Source: Acidobacteriota bacterium
GTDB lineage: Bacteria > Acidobacteriota > Thermoanaerobaculia > Multivoradales > UBA5704
DNA: 57,900 bases
Direction of reading: 5' to 3'
Assembly (NCBI GenBank): GCA_040005235.1
Contig: JBDTZG010000032.1
Location: 1 to 57,900, forward strand
The notes under the pieces were generated by a model. The model was given only the letters and a program-made list of their open reading frames with translations, was not told where the DNA came from and did no database searches. Of the stretch, positions 37,878 through 47,643 are shown one piece after another. The stretch's first letter is position 1, and the number at the start of each line of letters is the position of its first letter. A program made the translations under genes and the position numbers.

Positions 37878-39848
37878 TCACGACCCTGAAGCGAACGGAA
37901 GCGGGCGGCTGCGATTCCTTCGCGGACGGTTCGGATGGCGTTGTTGGTTTTCCTGCCTCGCCTCGTCGGGCGGTCCTAGGTACGGCTGCCCGACCCGGCA
38001 GCCGGGGCCTCGCAGGCAGGAGAAGATAATCGTCGAGCCGGTGTCGGACTTTGGCACGGCGGACAGAAATCGGGTCCACACTCTGGAGTCGAGAAGTTGG
38101 AGCGAGCCGCTCCCGGTCTCGCCGGTTTCGATCCGAACCCGCAGGCGCCCCATGCCCCTGGCGGCGGTGAGGTGCGCCGAGATCATCCGGCGCGGGCCGG
38201 GCGGCAGGTGGACCCGCGCCTCCTCGCCGCGCTCCAGAACGAGAGCGAACAGCCCGATCTCCGCGGTCCGGTGCCAGTCGATCTTCGCGGTTCGGTCGCC
38301 CTCGGCGATCGTCGCGAGGAGATCGATCGCGGCGTCGCCCCGTGGCGCGAGGCCGGCCCGCCGGTAGACCGCGAGCGGGGGATCGGGGGTGAGCATCAGC
38401 TGGTCGAGCCGGTAGTCGGCCAGGAAGCGGCGCGGCTCTCCCACGGTCGCCGCCCAGAGGGCGCGCGAGCCGAGCGTCATCATCAACAGGTCGCCCTTCA
38501 GGCGGTCGAGGTTTTGCCGGAGGTCGGCGCGCCGGACCGCATCGAGCGAGGCGCCGTCGCTCACCAAGCCGAGCAGGTCGACCACCGGGCGCTTGCTCTC
38601 CCAACCGAGAAATCCCACCTCCCACGCCGCGATGCGCGTTCCCGGCGGATAGCGCCCGGCCATCTCGGCTACCCGCTTGTAGGCGGGCCTGCGGAGATCG
38701 CCCTGCCGGGTCTTGAGCCACTCGAGGTCCGGTCGCGCGGCGAAAGCCACGATGGCGAGTGCCGCGCCGGCCGCGATCCACGCGCCGCGCCGCAGCCAAC
38801 GGTGCGGCAGATCGACGGCGACCAGAGCCAGGGTCGGCAGAAACTGCTGGGCGAAGCGAAGCGGCGCGGCGTACCAAGGGTAAAACGGCACGCCGAGCGC
38901 GAGTACCAGTGCGAGGTGAGCACCGCCCCAGAGGAGCAACGCGACGCCGGACGTGGGAAACGCGATCTGGCCCCCCTTCCGAAGGCGCTGCACTCCTTGA
39001 AAGCAGATCGCCGCGAGGGCGGCGAGCGCCAGCGGCCACCACCACGAGCTGTGACTGCTCGAAAAAACCCGGTCGGGCTCCCGAAGCGCCGCGGTCCAAC
39101 CGGCGGTCGAGGACCAGACACCGATCGCGCTTTGCGCCTGCGCCCGCTTGGCGGCGAAGGTCGCGGGCAACACGGAACCGGTGAGCGCGTACAGCAGGCC
39201 GAGCCAAACGCCCACGACCAGCATCGAGGTCCCGGCGATCCGCGCGATCCGGCGGAAACTTCCCCGCAGGTCCCCGCGGCGCAGCTCCAAAGCGGCGAGG
39301 ATGGGAGCGGCGAGGCCGCATTCGGCGCGAAACATCGCGGCTAGGGCGAGCAGTACCCCTGCCGAGACGAGCCGGCCGCGCGCCCGCTCGTGAAAGGCCC
39401 AGATCACCGCCGCGATAGCCGGCAGGTATTCGTTGCCGAGCAGGACGTGCGAGGGGAGCCCGATCAGCCAGAAAATGCCCGCCGCCAGCCCGGCCCAAGC
39501 CCACCGCTCCGCGCGGCCGAGGGCGAACAACCCGGTCGAACCGGCGGCGATCGCAATCCACGAGACGGCATTGCCTACGCCCGGAACCTCGAACCCGGTG
39601 ACGGCGGAGAGGCTCCCGAGCACCAGAGCGAAGAACGGCGACGAGGTACCGAGCGCCATCGAGCCGGGCCAGGTGAGCCCATGCCCCGCGGCGAACGATC
39701 GGGCGTAGACATAGGTGATGAAAACGTCGTCGATCCCTGCGTTCTTCGCGGTCCACGACGCGAAAAGGGCGGCGACGATCGAGAAGGCGCCACCGACCAA
39801 GACGAGGGCTCGCCAGGAGCCGCGGGAATCTACTGTGGGTTCGGACAC
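37878..39848 (-). CDS. GT-C-type membrane glycosyltransferase (arabinofuranosyltransferase-like)
   Basis: 'DDVFITYVYARSFAAGHGL', many TM segments, 'RAE', 'VDLLGL'; GTG start inferred. Confidence 0.75.
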   Translation of the reverse strand: MSEPTVDSRGSWRALVLVGGAFSIVAALFASWTAKNAGIDDVFITYVYARSFAAGHGLTWPGSMALGTSSPFFALVLGSLSAVTGFEVPGVGNAVSWIAIAAGSTGLFALGRAERWAWAGLAAGIFWLIGLPSHVLLGNEYLPAIAAVIWAFHERARGRLVSAGVLLALAAMFRAECGLAAPILAALELRRGDLRGSFRRIARIAGTSMLVVGVWLGLLYALTGSVLPATFAAKRAQAQSAIGVWSSTAGWTAALREPDRVFSSSHSSWWWPLALAALAAICFQGVQRLRKGGQIAFPTSGVALLLWGGAHLALVLALGVPFYPWYAAPLRFAQQFLPTLALVAVDLPHRWLRRGAWIAAGAALAIVAFAARPDLEWLKTRQGDLRRPAYKRVAEMAGRYPPGTRIAAWEVGFLGWESKRPVVDLLGLVSDGASLDAVRRADLRQNLDRLKGDLLMMTLGSRALWAATVGEPRRFLADYRLDQLMLTPDPPLAVYRRAGLAPRGDAAIDLLATIAEGDRTAKIDWHRTAEIGLFALVLERGEEARVHLPPGPRRMISAHLTAARGMGRLRVRIETGETGSGSLQLLDSRVWTRFLSAVPKSDTGSTIIFSCLRGPGCRVGQPYLGPPDEARQENQQRHPNRPRRNRSRPLPFASGS

Positions 39849-40206
39849 TGCTGAATTGTACGGTCGATCCCGAAAGAATGTCCGGGCGGGAGGTGGATTC
39901 CACCGGTGCGCCGGCTCTCGGACCTGCTGCGCGGAGTCCCGAAAGTGCCGCGCCGCGTCACCAGCCTGGTGGGCCGAGCTCCGTAAGCACCTCGCAGAAC
40001 CCCGGCACCGCCGCGCGAAATCCGGAGAGTGCGCGGAACCTGTCAACCAGTACGCGGGACCTATCCGTCGGCGCGGGGATCTTGCGCAGCGCTTCCCGGA
40101 GTCGGTCCAGTGGGAGCAAGACGGCTCACTTCTGTCTCATCTTCCTCCCCAGCAGACACTCCTTTCTTTAGATCCACTTTCAGCGTTACCCAGAAAGGAG
40201 CTTTCC

Positions 40207-40398
40207 GTGAAGAAGAAGCTGGCTAAGCTGTCGCTGCACCGCGAGACCGTCCGCGAGCTGGTCGCAGGCGAAACTCCTCAAGCTTTCGGCGGTTTGACGC
40301 CGAGCGACCCGAGGGCCTGCACGGTCAACAGCTGCCCTAACTGCACCGCCTATACGAACTGCGGGGGCACCAACTGCTCCGGCGTCGTCTGCCAGTAG
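40207..40398 (+). CDS. RiPP-like precursor peptide, 63 aa (LxLxRx5L leader, double-Gly, Cys/Ser/Thr-rich core)
   Basis: AAGGAG RBS at 40195-40200; GTG start; MKKKLAKLSLHRETVRELVAGETPQAFGG|LTPSDPRACTVNSCPNCTAYTNCGGTNCSGVVCQ. Confidence 0.8.
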   Translation: MKKKLAKLSLHRETVRELVAGETPQAFGGLTPSDPRACTVNSCPNCTAYTNCGGTNCSGVVCQ

Positions 40399-40655
40399 GT
40401 TGATCGAGGCCTGGCCCGGCGGGAGAATCCTCCAGCCGGGCAAGGCAGCCTATTTCATGCCTTCTCGATTTGTTCGAATCGGGCGAGTAGAGCCGCAAGG
40501 CCCGGGCGCCGTCCTTCCTTGACGCGGCCGTTTGACACCCTTCGCCGGATAGTGGTGAGAATCCCTCGCTATCCTGATCCACCGATCGCCATTCCTCGCC
40601 GGGGCTCCCTAGTCCTCGGCTCGATTTCCGGTTGCTACCCGAAGGAGGAGGTTCG

Positions 40656-41903
40656 ATGCCGCATCTGTCGATCGACACGGGCAATACGGGTTTCATGCTG
40701 TTGTGCTCCAGCCTCGTCATGCTGATGACGCCGGGTCTCGCCTTCTTCTACGGCGGGCTGGTCGGGCGGAAGAACGTGCTCGCGATCATGATCCAGAGCT
40801 TCGTTTCGATGGGGTGGACCACGATCCTCTGGTGGGCGTTCGGCTTCTCGCTCTGCTTTTCGGGCGACGTCAAAAGCCATACCGATTTCGCCGGGATTCT
40901 GGGCAACCTCGATTGGGCGTTTTTGCGCGGCATCACGCTCGATACGCCGTCGCCGATCAATTCGTCGATCCCGATGCTCGTCTTCTGCGGTTACCAGATG
41001 ATGTTCGCGATCATCACTCCGGCCCTGATCACCGGGGCGTTTGCCAATCGGGTGACGTTCAAGGCGTACATGCTGTTCCTCACCGCTTGGCTAGTGCTCG
41101 TCTACTTCCCGTTCGTCCACATGATCTGGGGCGGCGGGATCATGGCGCAGTGGGGAGTGCTTGACTTCGCGGGCGGCATCGTGGTCCATAACATCGCGGG
41201 CATCGCGGCGCTCGCCTCGGTCCTCTACGTCGGTAAACGCGCGGTGGCGGATCGCGGCCCTCATTCGATTCCGCTCGTCGCCCTGGGTACGGGGCTGCTC
41301 TGGTTCGGCTGGTACGGCTTCAACGCGGGCAGCGAGTTTCGCGTCGATTCGGTCACCGCGGTCGCCTTTCTCAACACCGACATCGCGGCGAGCTTTGCAG
41401 CGATCGCCTGGCTCGCGATCGACTGGATGACCACCAAGAAACCGAAGTTTCTCGGGCTCCTGACCGGCGCGGTCGCCGGGCTTGCGACGATCACTCCCGC
41501 CGCCGGGTACGTCTCGCCCGCGGCGGCGGCGCTGATCGGCTTGATCGCAGGCGTCGTCTGCTTCTACGCCGTGGCGCTCAAGAACCGCCTGGGCTGGGAC
41601 GACGCGCTCGATGTCTGGGGGGTCCACGGAGTCGGCGGATTTATCGGCATCATCCTGTGCGGCATCTTCGCGTCCACCGCGTTCAATCCGGCGGGGGTCG
41701 ATGGTCTGCTGCGCGGCAACTCGCATTTCTTCTGGGTACAGGTCGGAGCCGTTCTGCTCTCCTCGGTCTGGGCGTTCGTCTTTACCTACGGCATGCTCTG
41801 GCTGATCGAGCGGGTGACGCCGGTCAAAGTCGAGGCGGCCCATGAGAGCGAAGGGCTCGACTCGGCGCTCCACGGCGAGACGGCGTACATCGAAGCGATC
41901 TGA
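40656..41903 (+). CDS. amtB: ammonium transporter
   Basis: 'MTPGLAFFYGG', 'DFAGGIVVH', 'WFGWYGFNAGS', 'DDALDVWGVHG'. Confidence 0.96.
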   Translation: MPHLSIDTGNTGFMLLCSSLVMLMTPGLAFFYGGLVGRKNVLAIMIQSFVSMGWTTILWWAFGFSLCFSGDVKSHTDFAGILGNLDWAFLRGITLDTPSPINSSIPMLVFCGYQMMFAIITPALITGAFANRVTFKAYMLFLTAWLVLVYFPFVHMIWGGGIMAQWGVLDFAGGIVVHNIAGIAALASVLYVGKRAVADRGPHSIPLVALGTGLLWFGWYGFNAGSEFRVDSVTAVAFLNTDIAASFAAIAWLAIDWMTTKKPKFLGLLTGAVAGLATITPAAGYVSPAAAALIGLIAGVVCFYAVALKNRLGWDDALDVWGVHGVGGFIGIILCGIFASTAFNPAGVDGLLRGNSHFFWVQVGAVLLSSVWAFVFTYGMLWLIERVTPVKVEAAHESEGLDSALHGETAYIEAI

Positions 41904-41921
41904 AGATCACGTGACGCAAAA

Positions 41922-41951
41922 AGAGGGGACGGCCCGCGGGCCGTCCCCTCT
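41922..41951. terminator. intrinsic terminator between convergent genes
   Basis: AGAGGGGACGGCCC-GC-GGGCCGTCCCCTCT perfect hairpin preceded by AAAA (U tract on the minus strand). Confidence 0.8.
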
Positions 41952-41978
41952 CCATTCAAACCGGTTGACCTCAATGCA

Positions 41979-44969
41979 CTACGGGCAGCCGGTCCAACCC
42001 GTGTAGTGGAAGGTGGGCGACGTGGCGCCCGAGTAGTTGGTGTAGGCGTCGAACCAATGGCACTTGTTGGTAGGGCTGCCGTTGGAGATGGTGTTCGACC
42101 AGGTGGTGTCGGGCGACACCGTGGCCGAGTAGGGAACCGTGATCCAAGAACCCCAGACTCCCGCAGTGCTGCGCTCGCGGAAGGTAAGGGTAACGGTCCC
42201 CGTGCCGTTGGTCGCGTAGCCCGCGGCGGTCAGCGTGCCCGGGGTCCCCCAGGCGGTTTCGGCCGGCTGAATCCAGGCGATGCTGGTGGCCGCCGTCGGC
42301 GGGTTATAGCCGGTTGAATAGACGCTGTTGCGCCACACGCCGCCGCAGGTCTGGGCGGAGTTGGCGGTGCAGGTCGTATTGCACTCCGAGTCGGCGACTT
42401 GGGAATAGCCGAGCGTGTTGCCGGCGAAACAATAACCGTAGTACTGGAGACCGGCGTACTTGTAGCCGGCGTTGTAGGCCGCCTGCTTGCAGCTCTCGAT
42501 CGTGTTCGTCGTGTTGCCGAGCTGGACCGGCAAGGCGCGAGTCGCCGTATCGGTATAGCAGCCGAGGTAGCCCGCGCCGTTGGTGGGGTTGATCACCAGC
42601 AGCGACACGATATTGCTGTAAGTGGAGCTGCCGGCCGCGTTATATGCGCGGACCTTGAACTGGTACGAGCCGACGGGCGGGTTGGCGCCGCTCACGTACG
42701 TTGTGACGTTGGCGCCCACCGGGTTGATCAGATCGGAAAAGGCGCTGCCGGAGTAGGAGAACTGGGCCACGAACCCCTGTTCGGTGGTGCTGTTGTCGAT
42801 CCAGGTCAGAGTGAACTGGCGGGTGGTCGCGTTGTAGGAGGCGGCCAAGCCGGACGGGGCCACGGGAACGGGCTGGCCGGTCGTCGCGGTCGCGAGGTTC
42901 GAGAAGCTCGATCCGCCGGCGCTGTTCAAGGCGCGGACCTTGTACTCGTACGAGGTATTCCCGGCGGCCGACGTGTCGGTATACGAGACGACGTTCGCTG
43001 CGGTCGTCACCGTCACGCCGAATACGCCGGACGGGAGGATGCGGCGCTGCACCTCGAAATTCGTCTCGTTGCTGCTGTTGTCGGCCCAGGAAAGCGCCAC
43101 GGAAGTGGTGGATTGCGGGGTGGCGACCAGCGAAGAAGGCGCCGCGGGCAGGGTCGCGTTGGTCGTGGCCGTGACGACGTTGGAGAACGGGGAGGCCGCG
43201 CCGGCGTTCAAGACGCGCACCTTGTAGTCATATGCAGTCGCCGACTGAGCCGTGGCGTCGGTGTAGGTCGCGGTGGTGGAGGAGACCGTCGTCAGCCAGG
43301 CGAACGATCCGACCCCGGAGACGCGGCGCTGGATTTCGTAACCGGTCTTGTAGGTGTTCGAGTCGGTCCAGTTGAGGCGGACCGACGTCGAAGAGAGGAC
43401 CGTGGCGCCGAGCGCGGGCGCCGTCGGGGTGGCCGCGGTGACGTTCACGACCCGGCTGTACGGCATCTGAAGGTTGCGGCCGAACGAGTCGGACACGGCG
43501 GTTGCTACGAGGGTGTTGTTGCCCGCGGTGGCCAACGTGCCCTGCACCGTGGCGGTGCCGGTCGGAGACACGGAGGTCGGGCCGGTCCAGGTGCCGGGCG
43601 CGAGAGAGTAGTTGACGGTCTGCGTGTACGGGTAGCAGGGACGCATCTTGACCGTATATGGCGTGGGCGTTCCCTGAGGCGCCGTGGCGGGCCCCGAAAG
43701 CATCGGCTGGAGCGCGGTCGACCCGCCGGTTCCGAGGAGATCCTGCCAGCCGATCGGGTACTCGCTGCCGCCGGTGTAATTCAAACTGTCGGGAAGCAGT
43801 CAACCTCCCCAGCCGTAGGCGAACTTGTAACCCCAGATCAGGTCGGCGGCCAGAGCGCGGACCGTCTCGTTGGTGCCATCGCCATCCGCATCACCGCAGG
43901 TGTTACCGATGTAGCCCCAGACGCCGGCCTTGGCGTACGCCTTCAGGCCTCCTTCGAGGTAGGCGATGTGCTCGTCGTAGATACCGACCCGCAGCATCAC
44001 GCGGGCGTGGGCCTGGGCGCTCAAATCGACTGTGACGCTCGCGTTCGGACCGGTGAACGAGAAGTTGTCGGTGAAGTTGCTGGTCCCCGAACAGCTGTGC
44101 GTCGTGCAGGTATAGGTGAACGTGCCGGAGGCGGAGGCGTTTAGATGCGCCGACAGCTGACCCGTGATCTTCGCGTTCAAGTCCACGCCGGCGAAGATGG
44201 GAAGCGTGAAGACAAGGCGCACGGGAATCACGCCGACGGTGAACTCGACCTCGCCGAGCTCCGGCTCCGTGAGCAGCCATTCCTTGGCGTATTGGGCGCT
44301 CGCGTTTGCGGACGCCGAAAGATCGCCCGTGCCGGCGATCGTCGCGTTGCCGCTCGCCACGGCGTCGATGAACTCGAAGCCCGTGGGTACCCCTGCGCAC
44401 TTGCGGATCTTGTACCTCGCCGCGATCGTGACGCTGCCCGAGAGCGGAAGATCGAGGTTCAGCTGGCCGGTGATGCCGCCTGAGAAAGGCAGGTTTTGAT
44501 TGAGCAGGCTCTTGGAATAGTTCCAAGTCCGGTTGCGGGTCTCGTCGTGCCAGCCGCAGCCGAAAAGGCTTTTGTCGTCCAGTACGGTCGGCTCGTTCGG
44601 ATCGATATACTGTTCGTATCCGGCCGGAAAATCGGGATTCTCCATCGCCTCCAGCATTTCCTGCGACATGAACAGGAGGCCCTCGGAGCCGTCCGGATCG
44701 TTGGCGAAGGTTTCCTGAACAATGTCCTTTTGGGCCTGCGTCACGGGGAGGAACTTGACTCCTCCTTCGCTCACTTCCCACATCATGGTGCCGGGTCTTG
44801 CAGCGACGGTCGGATCATCGACTTCGAGGAGACGCCAACCCTGGCCGATGGACATGACCTTGGCGTTGATCGTGGATTGGGCTTCGACCCTCTCTACAGC
44901 TCCCAGACCCATCGCCAGCAAGAGCAAGAGCAAGGGTAAGATTTTATGAACGCGACGAACGATAGACAT
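41979..44969 (-). pseudogene. large secreted protein (N-terminal beta-rich domain, three FN3, WSC) interrupted by one in-frame TGA at 43800-43802
   Basis: AGGAG RBS and signal peptide at 44969; both track ORFs share one frame ('...GWGG*LLPDSLNYT...'); FN3 'LNWTD...YKVRVLN'; WSC 'YLGCYTD...AGLQYYGYCF...CGG'. Confidence 0.8.
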
Positions 44970-45217
44970 CGGACTCTCCTTGTTGTCTGACAATCGCCGC
45001 GCCGCGCCGAAATCAAATCGGCGGGAGCACGGCGACCCCGGCGGTTTCCTCTCCGGTTCCGCGCACCACTCCGGGTTGATGAGAGAGTAGCGAGATCGAA
45101 ACTCGAATGCTGTCGAAATCGTGATCAGTTGGGTGGTGATTTTTTTGGGAAGGGTTTCAAGCCGCCTCAAGAGCCGGCCCCTTGCTTCTGGAGTGCTTCT
45201 GTCGCATGCTCCTCGGC

Positions 45218-45481
45218 ATGACATGGACTGACATCCGTCGGCAATTTCCTCATCAGTGGCTCCTGGTCGAGGCCCTGCAAGCGCGCTCGATTCGCGGGAA
45301 GCGGCAACTCGACGAACTGGCCGTGGTCGACGCTTGCCAAGACGGAGAAACCGCCCTTCGCACCTATCTGAAGATTCACCGTGACGCTCCGGGTCGGGAG
45401 CTGTACGTCCTCCATAGCGATCGGGAGCAACCGGACATCGCCGAGCGGTTCTGGCAGGGTCTCCGCGCCGCCCAGGGATGA
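45218..45481 (+). CDS. small hypothetical protein, partner of the retropepsin gene
   Basis: 'MTWTDIRRQFPHQWLLVE'; ATGA overlap with the next gene. Confidence 0.7.
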   Translation: MTWTDIRRQFPHQWLLVEALQARSIRGKRQLDELAVVDACQDGETALRTYLKIHRDAPGRELYVLHSDREQPDIAERFWQGLRAAQG

Positions 45482-45858
45482 AAGTTCGCCTCGCACACGG
45501 CCTGGTCTACGTGGAGGTGGTCGTCAGCTTTCGCGGTCGCAGTCTTCACCTCTCCGACGTCATTCTCGACACCGGTTCCGCCGGAACGATCTTCGCAGCC
45601 GACCGGATGCTCGAGATCGGCGTCGCTCCTGAGCCGGCGGACGCCATCCGTCGAATTCGAGGAATCGGTGGAACGGAGTTCGTATTCACCAAGGGTCTGG
45701 ATCGGTTGGTCTTGGGTGAGATCCAGATCGACAGCTTCGAGGTCGAAATCGGAGCCATGGACTACGGATTTCCCGCCGACGGAATTCTGGGGCTGGACTA
45801 CCTCCTGAAAGTCGGAGCTGTCATCGATCTACGACGCCTGGAGATCCACAGAACCTGA
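45478..45858 (+). CDS. retropepsin-like aspartic protease
   Basis: 'ILDTGS' catalytic motif, 'GIGG' flap, 'GILGLDYL'. Confidence 0.88.
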   Translation: MKVRLAHGLVYVEVVVSFRGRSLHLSDVILDTGSAGTIFAADRMLEIGVAPEPADAIRRIRGIGGTEFVFTKGLDRLVLGEIQIDSFEVEIGAMDYGFPADGILGLDYLLKVGAVIDLRRLEIHRT

Positions 45859-45921
45859 TCCGCAGGGGTCCGGCCCCTGGAGGCAAGGACCTGGCCTCCG
45901 TAGTAATCTCCGCCGCAGGCT

Positions 45922-47643
45922 ATGGCCACCTTCCTCCGCACCTCCGTCCGCGCCGGGTCGTACCACGACTCGGTCGTCTTGATGCGCCTCCAGCAGGCGC
46001 TCTCCAAGCTCCCCGGCGTGCTCGATGCCGGGGTGGTGATGGCAACCGCTGCGAACCGGGAGATCCTCGGCGCCAGCGGGTTGTTGGGCGAAGGGGCGGA
46101 GGCGGCCGGGCCGGGGGATCTGCTGATTGCGGTTCGCGCGGAATCGGACGGCGCGGCGGCCGAGGCTTTGGCGAAGGTCGATGCGTTGCTCTCTTTGCGG
46201 GCCGGCGGCTCCGGGGAATCAGGCTATCGGCCGCGAAGCCTGGACGGCGCGCTACGGGCTCTCCCCGAGGCCCGCTGGGTGCAGATCTCGGTGCCCGGGC
46301 GTTTCGCGGCGGAGATCGCTCACGAGGCGCTCGACCGCGGGAAGAACGTCTTCCTCTATTCCGACAACGTGACGCTCGGAGACGAGGTGGCGCTGAAAGA
46401 TAAGGCGCGCGCCCGCGGGCTCTTCGTCCTAGGTCCCGATTGCGGCACGGCGATCGTGGGTGGGGCGGGGCTCGGCTTTGCGAACCGGGTGCGGCGCGGT
46501 CCGGTGGGGATCGTGGCCGCCTCCGGCACGGGGCTCCAGATGGTCGCGAGCCGCCTACATGCGCTCGGTTCCGGCGTGTCCCAGGCGATCGGCACGGGGG
46601 GCCGCGATCTGAGCGTCGAGGTGGGGGGCATCTCAGCGCTTCAGGCGCTCGATCTGCTCGCCCGCGATCCCGAGACGAAAGTCATCGTCCTACTCGCCAA
46701 GCCTCCGGCGCCCGCTGTAGCCGCGAAGCTCCTTTCCGCGGCGCGGGCGGCGGGCAAGCCGGTGGTGGTCAATTTCCTTGGGAAGAATCCACCGCTCTGG
46801 CGGCTTGGCAACGTGCGTTTCGCGGTGAGCCTCGCCGAGGCGGCCGATCTCGCGGCGGCGGCGGGAAGCCTCGAATCATCCGAGGGGATCGGGGAGGATT
46901 TGGGCGAACGGCGGCCGGCCGGTTTCTTCCGCGGCCTGTTCGCCGGAGGAACCCTCGCCTACGAGATCCAGCTCGGGCTCCAGATCGCCTTCGATCCGAT
47001 CTACTCGAACGCCGCGATCGGCACTTCCCGGCCGCTCGACGATCCAGGGCGCGGATCGGGTCCCGGCCACGCGATCCTCGACCTTGGAGCGGACGAATTC
47101 ACCGTCGGCCGGCTCCACCCGATGATCGATCCCGACCTGCGGCTGCGGCGGCTCCGCGCCGAGGCCGCCGACCCCAACGTCGGCCTGATCCTCCTCGATG
47201 TCGTGCTCGGCGACGGTTCGCACGCCGATCCGGCCGGGGCTCTGGCGCCTGAGATCGAACGAGCGCTTGGCGAAGCCGGCCGTACTGGCCGCGTCCTGGA
47301 GATCGCGGTGCTGGTCGTCGGGACGGACGAAGATCCGCAAGGCATGGACGAGCAGATCGAGACCCTCCGCCGCGCGGGAGCCCAGATCGCGGCCTCGGTC
47401 GAAGAGCTGGTCGGCATTGCCTGGGATCGCCTCGGTCCCCTGTCCGCCGCCTTTGCCGAGCCCGTGCCGCTCGAAGCGGTAGCCGCGCCGCTGGCGGCGA
47501 TCAACGTCGGCGTCGAGACGTTCTGCGATAGCCTGCTCGCCCAAGGGATTACCGCCCTCCAGGTCGATTGGCGCCCCCCCGCCGGAGGGGACGAGCGGCT
47601 GGCAGGAATTCTCCGAAGGATGAAGGCCCGGAGACCGGAATGA
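45922..47643 (+). CDS. fdrA: FdrA-family acyl-CoA synthetase-like protein
   Basis: 'YHDSVVLM', 'ISVPG', 'GPDCGT', 'GTGGRDL', 'GRLHPMIDP'. Confidence 0.9.
   Translation: MATFLRTSVRAGSYHDSVVLMRLQQALSKLPGVLDAGVVMATAANREILGASGLLGEGAEAAGPGDLLIAVRAESDGAAAEALAKVDALLSLRAGGSGESGYRPRSLDGALRALPEARWVQISVPGRFAAEIAHEALDRGKNVFLYSDNVTLGDEVALKDKARARGLFVLGPDCGTAIVGGAGLGFANRVRRGPVGIVAASGTGLQMVASRLHALGSGVSQAIGTGGRDLSVEVGGISALQALDLLARDPETKVIVLLAKPPAPAVAAKLLSAARAAGKPVVVNFLGKNPPLWRLGNVRFAVSLAEAADLAAAAGSLESSEGIGEDLGERRPAGFFRGLFAGGTLAYEIQLGLQIAFDPIYSNAAIGTSRPLDDPGRGSGPGHAILDLGADEFTVGRLHPMIDPDLRLRRLRAEAADPNVGLILLDVVLGDGSHADPAGALAPEIERALGEAGRTGRVLEIAVLVVGTDEDPQGMDEQIETLRRAGAQIAASVEELVGIAWDRLGPLSAAFAEPVPLEAVAAPLAAINVGVETFCDSLLAQGITALQVDWRPPAGGDERLAGILRRMKARRPE

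Noticed and set aside
37135-39903. 922-aa minus-strand ORF
   Set aside because: Arg/Pro-rich alternative-frame shadow of the GT-C and Sel1 genes, typical of high-GC DNA.
39715-40398. 227-aa ORF
   Set aside because: Only the last 63 codons, after the AAGGAG RBS, look real; the rest overlaps the GT-C gene antisense or intergenic DNA.
40532-40562. sigma70 promoter for amtB
   Set aside because: TTGACA is present but the best -10 (GAGAAT) is 19 nt away and weak.
42399-44144. Long antisense ORFs (also 29899-31242, 32639-34129, 47001-48782, 54293-55651 and others)
   Set aside because: They mirror well-supported genes on the opposite strand and have no motifs.
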